A DNA stretch of 64,000 nucleotides from assembly GCA_963677925.2 (NCBI GenBank), contig CAXXYH010000003.1, positions 2,080,001 through 2,144,000 on the forward strand, read 5' to 3'. Positions within the stretch are counted from its first letter, which is position 1, and each line of letters opens with the position of its first letter. The translations under genes and the position numbers were made by a program. This DNA comes from Spirochaetia bacterium (GTDB lineage Bacteria > Spirochaetota > Spirochaetia > UBA9216). The notes beneath the pieces were generated by a model that saw only the letters and a list, made by a program, of their open reading frames with translations, did no database searches and had not been told where the DNA came from. Shown piece after piece: positions 8,440 to 16,794 of the stretch.

Positions 8440-10356
8440 TCAAATCTGCGAAGCAGCCGCGTATGCCGAGCGGATTGCGTAGGAAACATTTCCGATCTTT
8501 TCACAATCTCCGATCATGGCTGTCTTTATACCTGTTTGGTAGAAGTTCATACCCTCATCGGTTCTTGCACACATTCCTGCGGCAAGGATGATCTTATCTG
8601 CAGAAAAGCTTTTCTCTTTTCCATCAGCATCAACACAGATCACGGTATCACCGATTGAAGTACAGCGGTGGCCTGTATGCTTAGTGATTCCCGCTTCCTT
8701 TTCAAGCGCTCCCATAAGCGACAGCCGGTATGAGAATGAAGCATCGGGAGCAAGTTCCTCCTGCATTTCGATTATATGCACCTTCTTACCGCTCCGGGCA
8801 AGGTGAACCGCAGTCTCACAGCCGACCTGACCTCCGCCGAGGATCAGCACATGATCTCCCTGCGCATCCTCTTTGCCGTATACATCAAGAGCAGGGATCA
8901 CTGAAGGTGAATCGATCCCCTTAATCGGCGGATATACAGGTCCGGCGCCGAGGGCAACTACAACCTCGTCAAAACCCTGCTCCCGAATATTCTCTACTGA
9001 AGCTTCATAGCCGAGTTTCAGTTTGATATCTGATTTCCCAATCTGCTCAAGCAGGTAATTCTTGAACTTTTTAAGCCCGTGCTTGAACTCGGCGAAATCT
9101 GCAAAGTTCAGCTGACCTCCAAGAGAATCGGTTTTCTCAAAAAGCGTAACTGAGTGTCCGCGCTCTGAAAGCTCAAGTGCAGCCTTCATGCCTGCAGGAC
9201 CTCCGCCGATTACTGCGACCTTCTTCTTTCTTTTTGGCGGCTGTATCGACTTCACAAGGTTGTGCTCAATACCCATGCATGGATTCACCGAACAAACGAA
9301 TGAGCGGTCTTCCAGACATGCACTGTCATGGCAGCGCATGCAGCGGATGCATGGAACAACATCAGCCCCCCGATCTTCATAAGCCTTCATTCCGATAAAC
9401 GGATCGGCAATCCATCCACGCCCCATCGATACAATATCAGCCTTACCGCTATAAAGAATTTCTTCTATTTCATCAAGGTCCTGAATTCCGCCTATTGCTA
9501 CAATTGGAATGGGCGAACCTGCTTTCCTGACCTGCTCAGCAACAGGAACAAAGGGAGCGGCGCCGGCAAAACATGTCGGATGGGCAGACCACATCTCGCC
9601 GCCATGAAGGTGAAGCATATCAACATGACCCTCAAGGATTTTGGACATCGCAATAGTATCCTCTACCTTAATACCGTCATCAAACTGAGGCTCTGCACCG
9701 CTTACCCGGAACTCAATAAGGAAGTTCTTTCCGCATCTTTCCTTAATACGATCGAATACCATAATAGGAAACTTAAGCCGGTTCTCGATTGGCCCGCCGT
9801 ATTCATCGGTTCTTTTATTAAAATGGGGTGATATGAAACGAGCCGGACCGGGAGACGCGTAGGCCATGTGAATCATACACATATCAAAACCGCAGCGCTG
9901 GGCAATAGCTGCGGTATCGGCATAACTTTCCGCAATCTCATCCATAATCTCAGGAGTCATCTCTTTTGAGGGAGTTGAAGATGCAAAACCGGTCAGGCCC
10001 TCAACAACATCGTAGTAGCCTTCCCTGTTTTCACCGCGGATTTCCATGGAAGCTTTAGCCCCGTAGAAATGAATGGCATCAGCCATCTGTGAAAGGTAAT
10101 GCTGGTTATGAAGCACAGTCCCGTCCCAGGCAATATGCTGACCGTCAAACTTGTCGCGGTCAAACATCCCGTGTACAGTAACCAGGGCTGCCCCGCCCTT
10201 TGCCTTATTCGCAAAGTATTCAATTAATGCCTGTGTCGGATAAGGTTCCCCGCCCTGAAGAGCATGAACCCCGGTCGGTGCTGCAAAAAGCCTGTTTCGG
10301 AATACAGTATTGCCAATCCTGATTGGACTTAGAAGAGTCTTATATTTTCCTGTCAT
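8440..10356 (-). CDS. NADH:flavin oxidoreductase (OYE TIM barrel + 4Fe-4S + FAD/NAD domain; FadH/BaiH-like)
   Basis: RNRLFAAP, NKRTDEYGGPIENRLKF, CIRCMRC...C, VIGGGPAG, GGGQVGCE. Confidence 0.92.
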   Translation of the reverse strand: MTGKYKTLLSPIRIGNTVFRNRLFAAPTGVHALQGGEPYPTQALIEYFANKAKGGAALVTVHGMFDRDKFDGQHIAWDGTVLHNQHYLSQMADAIHFYGAKASMEIRGENREGYYDVVEGLTGFASSTPSKEMTPEIMDEIAESYADTAAIAQRCGFDMCMIHMAYASPGPARFISPHFNKRTDEYGGPIENRLKFPIMVFDRIKERCGKNFLIEFRVSGAEPQFDDGIKVEDTIAMSKILEGHVDMLHLHGGEMWSAHPTCFAGAAPFVPVAEQVRKAGSPIPIVAIGGIQDLDEIEEILYSGKADIVSMGRGWIADPFIGMKAYEDRGADVVPCIRCMRCHDSACLEDRSFVCSVNPCMGIEHNLVKSIQPPKRKKKVAVIGGGPAGMKAALELSERGHSVTLFEKTDSLGGQLNFADFAEFKHGLKKFKNYLLEQIGKSDIKLKLGYEASVENIREQGFDEVVVALGAGPVYPPIKGIDSPSVIPALDVYGKEDAQGDHVLILGGGQVGCETAVHLARSGKKVHIIEMQEELAPDASFSYRLSLMGALEKEAGITKHTGHRCTSIGDTVICVDADGKEKSFSADKIILAAGMCARTDEGMNFYQTGIKTAMIGDCEKIGNVSYAIRSAYAAASQI

Positions 10357-10489
10357 TTAATCAATTCTCCCTGGAATATTTAAATGATACGATTTTCTCC
10401 TGATGTTCAATTTTATAGCGATCATATAACTCACATCAAGCAGAATATATTCGGTGAATGTAAAAATTGAGTATGTAATTGAAGCAGGC

Positions 10490-11527
10490 TTATCCCAATA
10501 TTTTTCTGTAAACGGCACGAATTAATATTACCAGCAGAATCAGCACGATAAGACTGACTACAAGCATTGCCGGCAGCATCCAGGCAAAGAAACCGTATAC
10601 AGGAAGCGCCCAACCAAGGAATTTTAGTATGAGAATAAAAATCTGCTGGATAGCAGCAGAAATGAAAATAGCGCCCAGCCATACAAAGAGCTTTGATGCT
10701 GTATTTTTTTTGCGCATCCTTTCAAAAAGAAAAAAGCCTGAAAACCCAAAAAGTGCAGGAACGGCAAGAAGCAGTAAAATCATGAGATTCATGGAGGGAA
10801 AAAAAAGATTTCTTTCAATTTTATCTGCTTCGTACAGGCGTTTAAGTTCTGTTACCGGGTTGCCTCCATCTTTAAGAGGCGGTACAAGTATCCCGGAAGA
10901 AGCGTGGTTTGGTTTATCTCCGGGTGAGGCTACGGCCAGATAGGCGGACATCGCGGCTATTTCCGGATCTCCCGCCCTTCGATCACCTCCGGCTGATGAG
11001 CCGGCTGCAAGGGCCTCAACAAGCGCTTCGGCCAGAGGCAAGCCGGCAGCACGGGCTTTTTCATAGGCTCCAAGACTGTCCCTAACCACATTCTCACTTA
11101 CAAGAATATTGCCCTGAACCATTACATAATCACCTCCAAGGCTTCCAGCCCAGGAAGTACAATTATCACCTGTGAAAGCTGCAGTACCTCCACTCAAAGA
11201 GGCTAAACCGAACTGCTGATTAGCCCTGCCGCTGTTATAATCAGGATCAGTTACTGCATCCATAATCTGCGCTGCAGAATAATCCTGTCCAAGCATTTTA
11301 ACGGCCATCATTCGTGCTGCATCATTTCCTGCAGCCTGAGCAACAACGACTCCGTGCCCTCCGTAAATTCCAAGAATCGGCCAAACCGAGGGTGTATATG
11401 AAGCACCTGCGGAGCCAACCTCCCCGGTTTGCGGATCTACTGCAACTATTGACCATGTGGCCAAAAGCGGAAATACATTCAGAAAAATTAAAATTACTAT
11501 AGCCGATAACTTTTTCATAATAGACAT
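10490..11527 (-). CDS. DUF1028 (Ntn-hydrolase-like) protein with signal peptide and C-terminal TM helices
   Basis: TWSIVAVDPQTGEVG..GAS, QGNILV, GGDRR motifs; 3 hydrophobic segments at the C-terminus. Confidence 0.8.
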   Translation of the reverse strand: MSIMKKLSAIVILIFLNVFPLLATWSIVAVDPQTGEVGSAGASYTPSVWPILGIYGGHGVVVAQAAGNDAARMMAVKMLGQDYSAAQIMDAVTDPDYNSGRANQQFGLASLSGGTAAFTGDNCTSWAGSLGGDYVMVQGNILVSENVVRDSLGAYEKARAAGLPLAEALVEALAAGSSAGGDRRAGDPEIAAMSAYLAVASPGDKPNHASSGILVPPLKDGGNPVTELKRLYEADKIERNLFFPSMNLMILLLLAVPALFGFSGFFLFERMRKKNTASKLFVWLGAIFISAAIQQIFILILKFLGWALPVYGFFAWMLPAMLVVSLIVLILLVILIRAVYRKILG

Positions 11528-11609
11528 CCTTACTTTTTACTCATGATTATATCACTATATTAAAAGATAACAGAAGACATCACTAATTATATTGAATTAG
11601 TGTGGATGT

Positions 11610-11894
11610 TTACTTAATCAACAATTCAGAACGTCTATATTCATAGAAAATATAAGAACCCGCAAATCCTGTAGTATAAGAAGAGGAAAGAGTTTGCAAA
11701 GCATATCCAATAAGTTCATATTCTGAATCAGAATAAGACAAAATTGGTTCAACTACACCTTCATATCCTTGTACAGCTTGGAACCAGAAACTATCTCTAT
11801 GCTGCCCCTGTTCTAATTGGTCAGTATATGGATGAGCATTAATAAAAATCGTAGATATAAATATTAAAACAACAATGAGAAACAACTTTTTCAT
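11610..11894 (-). CDS. Small exported hypothetical protein
   Basis: MKKLFLIVVLIFISTIFINA signal peptide after a GGAG RBS; AT-rich. Confidence 0.6.
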   Translation of the reverse strand: MKKLFLIVVLIFISTIFINAHPYTDQLEQGQHRDSFWFQAVQGYEGVVEPILSYSDSEYELIGYALQTLSSSYTTGFAGSYIFYEYRRSELLIK

Positions 11895-11961
11895 TTTAAT
11901 CTCCACTTTTTAAATAACTTTTATACTGATACAATACTACAAATAAATTGACATCACATCC

Positions 11962-11972
11962 AATCCGTGGCC
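11962..11972 (-). repeat. Short fragment (GGCCACGGATT) of the dispersed repeat
   Basis: Matches the 5' end of copies B and C; intergenic; same orientation as copy B. Confidence 0.4.
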
Positions 11973-12081
11973 ACCAGAAAAGTTTCTTCATTCTCTGTTT
12001 CCTGCAATTATTCATACTCAAAATTTGAATATTTTATTTCAAATAAGTAAACTTTAAAATATAGAGATATAAGGAGCTGAG

Positions 12082-12531
12082 TTGAACAGTTTTTATAGTT
12101 ACAAGATTTTTACAGAACATAATTTAATCTACGCATATTTTTACAGCAAGATAAATGTTGAGGATTTAAAACAATACATGAAAGAACTGACATCTGAATC
12201 TGCATATTCTGCCGGGTTCAATGTAATCAGCGATTTAAGGGATTCAATCCTATCAGTAAAATCTGATGAAATCGTTCATTTCTATAACTACTTGAAAAAT
12301 GACCTCGGGGTTCTGACACAACGGAAGGAAGTTTTCATCGCAGGGGCTGCCAACGAATCTGTTACATCTATGATATACTCAATCTACCTGAAAAACTTTA
12401 ACCTCCATACTGAAATATTCAACAACACCGAAGATGCCCTGGAATATTTGAATATTGATGATTCACTGACGGAATATTTTAAATCAGAGTTTGAACAGGT
12501 CAAACAGAAACATTCATCAACCCTACGCTGA
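12082..12531 (+). CDS. Hypothetical protein, STAS/SpoIIAA-like; paralog of 7920-8375
   Basis: TTG start after AAGGAG; YKIFTEHNLI, ISDLRD, F...EDALEYL. Confidence 0.7.
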   Translation: MNSFYSYKIFTEHNLIYAYFYSKINVEDLKQYMKELTSESAYSAGFNVISDLRDSILSVKSDEIVHFYNYLKNDLGVLTQRKEVFIAGAANESVTSMIYSIYLKNFNLHTEIFNNTEDALEYLNIDDSLTEYFKSEFEQVKQKHSSTLR

Positions 12532-12552
12532 TTATTTGCAGGCGCATGTTAA

Positions 12553-12945
12553 TTACATAAAAACCGAGGGACGAACATTATACTTTTTAGCGAGACGTTT
12601 AATCTGACCGAGGTTTAAAATCCGCTTCCCACTAAGAATTTCACTTATCACAGATTTAGGAGCAATATCCTTTAGATCAATCTGTTTATGATTATGCTCC
12701 TTCATGAGATACTTTAACGCTTCAAGACCAGAGACATTCGTTTTTTCAATAGAAGATTCATACCGCTCCAGCTGGAAATAAATAAAATCATAAAGTCCCT
12801 GAAGTTCAGGATTTCCACTGTTTATCTCTTTTCGAAGAGAGTAAAGATATTCTTCCATTTTTATAGCTTCTTCTTCATCACTAACTGTGAATTGATCAAA
12901 CAAAGCAGCTATTTTAAGTAATTCGGTTGAAGAATTATGCATCAT
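12553..12945 (-). CDS. higA: HigA-type antitoxin (XRE HTH)
   Basis: ERYE...GLEALKYLMKEHNHKQIDL...SVISEILSGKRILNLGQIKRLAKKYNVRPSVF; downstream of higB. Confidence 0.88.
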   Translation of the reverse strand: MMHNSSTELLKIAALFDQFTVSDEEEAIKMEEYLYSLRKEINSGNPELQGLYDFIYFQLERYESSIEKTNVSGLEALKYLMKEHNHKQIDLKDIAPKSVISEILSGKRILNLGQIKRLAKKYNVRPSVFM

Positions 12946-12971
12946 ATAAATTCCCTTCCTTAATATCTCTA

Positions 12972-13259
12972 TCAGTATTTCTTATCGTAATCAGCATGAG
13001 TTAGAAAATCTATGATATAAACTTCCTGAGAATCATAGAATATATGGGTAATGAGTCTATAAGAATTACCTTTTATATTAAAACAAGTATACATTCTCTC
13101 CACTCCAACAGCATCTGCAGTAGGAAAGGTTTTTCTCAAGTCAACAATATGACCCGCTTCACAGCCTTCCACTATTTTAATCCAGCGCTGAAGTGATTTT
13201 TCAACATCCGGATATTGTCTTGAAATCTGTCTTAACTTTGCAACTGTTATTACTTTCAA
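12972..13259 (-). CDS. higB: HigB-type mRNA interferase toxin
   Basis: MKVI..., DLRKTFPTADAV, FNIKGNSYRLI, FLTHADYDK; toxin-first gene order. Confidence 0.9.
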   Translation of the reverse strand: MKVITVAKLRQISRQYPDVEKSLQRWIKIVEGCEAGHIVDLRKTFPTADAVGVERMYTCFNIKGNSYRLITHIFYDSQEVYIIDFLTHADYDKKY

Positions 13260-13267
13260 AAATTGAA

Positions 13268-13324
13268 TTACTCCTTATAAGGGAGTAACACACTAAAGTT
13301 AGCAATTTGCGAACTTTATGTCAA
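13268..13324 (-). promoter_or_regulatory. higBA promoter with palindromic operators
   Basis: Minus strand TTGACA (13319-24)-17-TAACTT (13296-301); near-perfect palindromes TAAAGTTAGCAATTTGCGAACTTTA (13294-13318) and TTACTCCTTATAAGGGAGTAA (13268-13288, covers the RBS). Confidence 0.75.
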
Positions 13325-13423
13325 GAAATATTATAAATATGAATACTCCACTACACAAGATTTAAACCACAATTATTCTAATAGAATTCAACCATCATAC
13401 AGAATTATTGGATTCACCGGCTT

Positions 13424-13786
13424 CTAAACAACCAGGCGCTGCCATTCAAGCTGCAAGCCCTGAAAATTAAGCAGGTAACCCACACGGCAGCCGCTAATAT
13501 GCAGATAGTTAATTAACTGTGCCTTGTGGCCGTCATTAATTGCCTTTACTGATTTTAATTCAAGAATAACAGAATTATTTACAACAAGGTCTGCAAAATA
13601 CTCACCAACAGTATTACCCTTATATTTTACATTGAACGGCTGATTATAAACGACATTCACCCCTGCTTCCTTGAGCTCATAAAACAATGCATTGTGATAA
13701 CACTGCTCAAGCAGCCCAGGCCCCATGCCCTTGTGAACTGCCATACAGCAGCCGATAATTTGATAACTTAATTCTTTGTACAGCAT
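13424..13786 (-). CDS. GxxExxY protein (PD-(D/E)XK nuclease fold)
   Basis: IIGCCMAVHKGMGPGLLEQCY, YFADLVVNNSVILELKSV, AQLINYL..GYLLNF; AGGAGG RBS 7 nt before ATG 13786. Confidence 0.93.
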   Translation of the reverse strand: MLYKELSYQIIGCCMAVHKGMGPGLLEQCYHNALFYELKEAGVNVVYNQPFNVKYKGNTVGEYFADLVVNNSVILELKSVKAINDGHKAQLINYLHISGCRVGYLLNFQGLQLEWQRLVV

Positions 13787-13792
13787 TTGCAT

Positions 13793-13918
13793 ACCTCCTG
13801 AAATTTTCAGGCACACCACAGGCCCGCTTTACAGGAACTCAAGGGAACGGCAAAGCCGTTTTCACCCTGCCCTTGAATTCCTGTAAACGGGATGTACAAT
13901 GAAAAACCTGAAGGAGGT
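13793..13918. repeat. Long imperfect inverted repeat (~125-nt hairpin) in the GxxExxY leader
   Basis: ACCTCCT/AGGAGGT outer pair; CCCGCTTTACAGGAACTCAAGGG (13823-45) vs CCCTTGAATTCCTGTAAACGGG (13870-91); inner AACGGC-AAA-GCCGTT hairpin. Confidence 0.85.
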
Positions 13919-13968
13919 CCTCCCTACTTCCACCTTCTTACTTCCACAAATCACCGCCCTAACCTGCC

Positions 13969-14014
13969 CCATACAAGTTCGCTGCTGTGCGTATACCCGA
14001 TACCAGTCCGTGGC
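13969..14014 (-). repeat. Copy B (degenerate) of dispersed repeat, upstream of GxxExxY
   Basis: Reverse complement GCCACGGACTGGTATCGGGTATACGCACAGCAGCGAACTTGTATGG aligns with copies A and C. Confidence 0.7.
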
Positions 14015-14050
14015 CAAGACCTAACCTGGCGGCCGAACAAATTTCTTTAA

Positions 14051-14079
14051 TTGACAATCCTTTCGCAGGGGCCTATATT
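14051..14079 (+). promoter_or_regulatory. Sigma70-type promoter of the patatin gene
   Basis: TTGACA-17-TATATT. Confidence 0.65.
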
Positions 14080-14096
14080 TTTGTAAAAGGCGGCCT

Positions 14097-15386
14097 ATGT
14101 TTGATAAAAAATCTGAATACAGTTTAGTCCTTGCCGGCGGCGGCGCGAGAGGGGCATATGAAATTGGAGCATGGAAGGCTCTTAAGGAACTCAAAATTGA
14201 AGTAAACGCGGTGGCGGGAACCTCAGTCGGTGCGCTAAACGCGGCTGTCATTGCCCAGGATGAATATGAGCTGGGAATAAAACTGTGGACAGAGATGACC
14301 CTGGACAGGATTATCAGAGTTCCTGAAGGAATGCTTAAAAACGGCAAAATCAAATTCTCGTTCAAAGCATTCAACAGAATCTCAGACCTCAATCTGGATA
14401 TCCGCAACCTCGGGCTTGATACGGCACCGCTTTACAGGATGCTTAAAGAATATATCAGGGAGGACGACATCAGAAAATCAGGCAGAGACCTCGGCATAGT
14501 CACAGTTGAAGTTAACAGCCTTTCTTCAAGAGAGATATTTCTCGATGCCATGGAGCCGGGAACCCTGCCCGACTACCTGCTTGCAAGCGCATCAATTCCA
14601 GCGGTTTTCAAAAATGCTGAGATTAATGGAAAGAAATATGCAGACGGCGGCATCTGGGACAACATACCGCACCGGATGATGAAGCACCGCGGGTATAAAA
14701 AAATTATTGTAGTGGACATCTCCGGCCTCGGAGTAAACCGTCGGCCCGATGTAGCGGGTACCGATACAATTTACATCAAAAACTCCATAGACCTGGGGGG
14801 AATACTGGACTTCGATCCCAACTCAGCTGAAAGAAATATAAACATCGGCTACCTGGATACCCTCAAAGTTTTTGACAAAGTTAAAGGCATAAACTATTTC
14901 TTCAAACCCGATCGTCACCTTGAGGAAAATCTTACCAGAAAACTGTTCGAGATGGATAACGTACAGAAATACTCGCACCTGCTGGAATATGAAACAAAAA
15001 AAATCAGTGAAAAAAACATCGAAACACTTATCCGTAATACACTTCCAACAGAGCAGAAATTTCATAAAGATCTAATCTACTGCCTTATTGATGCGGCTGC
15101 GGCATCGCTTGATATAGAACGGAACAGGCTGTATACATTCAGGGAACTTATTGAGACTATTAAAGATAAATATGCCGAAATAAAACAGAGCGTAAGCAAG
15201 CCAACCGACGGGGAATCGGAATCGTTTTTTACAAAGATCGGTGATGCAATAAGCCTTTTTATTACAGAGAGAGAGAAGGAAAAGTTCACACCCTACGAAT
15301 ACGCCCTGGTTCTGAATAATTTCAAAACTCCGGGAAACCTTTTTCCGGAATACATACCGGCGGAGATATTTCTTTCGTTGATATAG
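14097..15386 (+). CDS. Patatin-like phospholipase
   Basis: GGGARG, GTSVG (GxSxG), DGG motifs. Confidence 0.92.
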   Translation: MFDKKSEYSLVLAGGGARGAYEIGAWKALKELKIEVNAVAGTSVGALNAAVIAQDEYELGIKLWTEMTLDRIIRVPEGMLKNGKIKFSFKAFNRISDLNLDIRNLGLDTAPLYRMLKEYIREDDIRKSGRDLGIVTVEVNSLSSREIFLDAMEPGTLPDYLLASASIPAVFKNAEINGKKYADGGIWDNIPHRMMKHRGYKKIIVVDISGLGVNRRPDVAGTDTIYIKNSIDLGGILDFDPNSAERNINIGYLDTLKVFDKVKGINYFFKPDRHLEENLTRKLFEMDNVQKYSHLLEYETKKISEKNIETLIRNTLPTEQKFHKDLIYCLIDAAAASLDIERNRLYTFRELIETIKDKYAEIKQSVSKPTDGESESFFTKIGDAISLFITEREKEKFTPYEYALVLNNFKTPGNLFPEYIPAEIFLSLI

Positions 15387-15393
15387 GAGGACT

Positions 15394-16794
15394 TCAGCGC
15401 CGGTTGGCAGTAATGAGGTCGCGGTACCAGTATCCGCTGTCCTTGATGGTCCGACGGCCGGTCTTATAGTCGACATGTACAATGCCGAAGCGTTTGCGGA
15501 ATCCTTCGGCCCACTCAAAGTTATCAAGCAGCGACCATACAAAGTATCCGCGCAGATCACAGCCCTCATCAGCAGCCCTTGCCGCCTGAGCGGTATAATC
15601 GCTTAGAAAATCAATACGTTTCCGATCCCTGACTCGATAATCTGCCAGGCTATCAGTAAAAGCAGCCCCGTTTTCAGTTATGTATACCGGGATATTCCCA
15701 TAGCGCTCTTTTAACATCATCAGACTTTCGTATAGAGACTCCGGATAAACTTCCCAGCCCATCGAGGTGTACTGCTTATCATTTTTTGTAAATTCACGAT
15801 AGGGCACGGGGCGCAGATCAATCCAGGTATTCAGAAGCGGTACCCATGGTGCAAAGCGAGCCTTGAATCTGGAATAATTATTGACTCCGATAAAGTTCAT
15901 AGGACGGGAAATTATATCCATATCAGAGGATCTAACTTCCGGGAAGGTAAATCCGATTTTTTTCAGTACCGATTGCGGATAATGCCCTTTTAGAAGCGGG
16001 TCGAGAAAAAGTCCATTGAAAAAATCATCAGCAAAATGGGCTGCGTTTCTGTCGCAGGCATGCCCGCCTGCAGGATGGACCGGCGCAAGATCCAGGGTAA
16101 TTCCGACACGGGCAGAAGAGGACACAGACTTGATTCTCTCCATGGCATAAGCATGAGCAAGCAGCTGATTATGAACAACACGTCCGAACTTAAGCGGCCG
16201 GTGCAGGCCCGGGGCGTGGTATCCGAACATATATCCGAAAATTGTGTTTATCCAGGGTTCATTAAGAGTAATCCAGTCTTTCACCCTGTCGCCCAGTTTT
16301 TTCACTACAATCTCAGCGTAATCGGCAAAATAGTGAGCTGATTTTCTGCTCAGAAATCCGCCTGTCTGTTTGAATAGAAAGGCAGGATAATCCCAGTGAA
16401 AAAGCGTTGCAAAAGGTCTGATTCCGGCCTTACATAGCTCATCAGTCAGTCTGTCATAAAAATCAAGCCCTTTCTGATTTACAGAACCGGTTCCCTCAGG
16501 AAGTATGCGTGGCCATGAGACTGAAAAACGGTATGCATCAAGTCCCAGCCGGCCCATGATTGAAACATCTTCAACATAGCGGCTGTAATGAAAGGATGCT
16601 TCATCAGCCCGGTCGCCGTCTTTGATACGGCCTTTTTTATCGGAAAAAACATCCCAGACTGATGGTCCGCGTCCGTCTTCAGCAGCAGCGCCCTCAATCT
16701 GAAAGGCTGATGTGGCTGCACCGAATATTACATCACGCGGAAAAAGCGGGGTTTTAGGCTTTGATGGGGAACGGTAATGATCGTCAGCTAACAC
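15394..16794 (-). CDS. GH1 beta-glucosidase
   Basis: FGAATSAFQIEG, TLFHWD, TLNEP (acid/base), ITENG (nucleophile), WSLLDNFEW. Confidence 0.95.
   Translation of the reverse strand: MLADDHYRSPSKPKTPLFPRDVIFGAATSAFQIEGAAAEDGRGPSVWDVFSDKKGRIKDGDRADEASFHYSRYVEDVSIMGRLGLDAYRFSVSWPRILPEGTGSVNQKGLDFYDRLTDELCKAGIRPFATLFHWDYPAFLFKQTGGFLSRKSAHYFADYAEIVVKKLGDRVKDWITLNEPWINTIFGYMFGYHAPGLHRPLKFGRVVHNQLLAHAYAMERIKSVSSSARVGITLDLAPVHPAGGHACDRNAAHFADDFFNGLFLDPLLKGHYPQSVLKKIGFTFPEVRSSDMDIISRPMNFIGVNNYSRFKARFAPWVPLLNTWIDLRPVPYREFTKNDKQYTSMGWEVYPESLYESLMMLKERYGNIPVYITENGAAFTDSLADYRVRDRKRIDFLSDYTAQAARAADEGCDLRGYFVWSLLDNFEWAEGFRKRFGIVHVDYKTGRRTIKDSGYWYRDLITANRR

Noticed and set aside
11530-14020. Integron cassette array, prophage or IS
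   Set aside because: No integrase, transposase or phage genes, no convincing attC sites, and mixed gene orientation.
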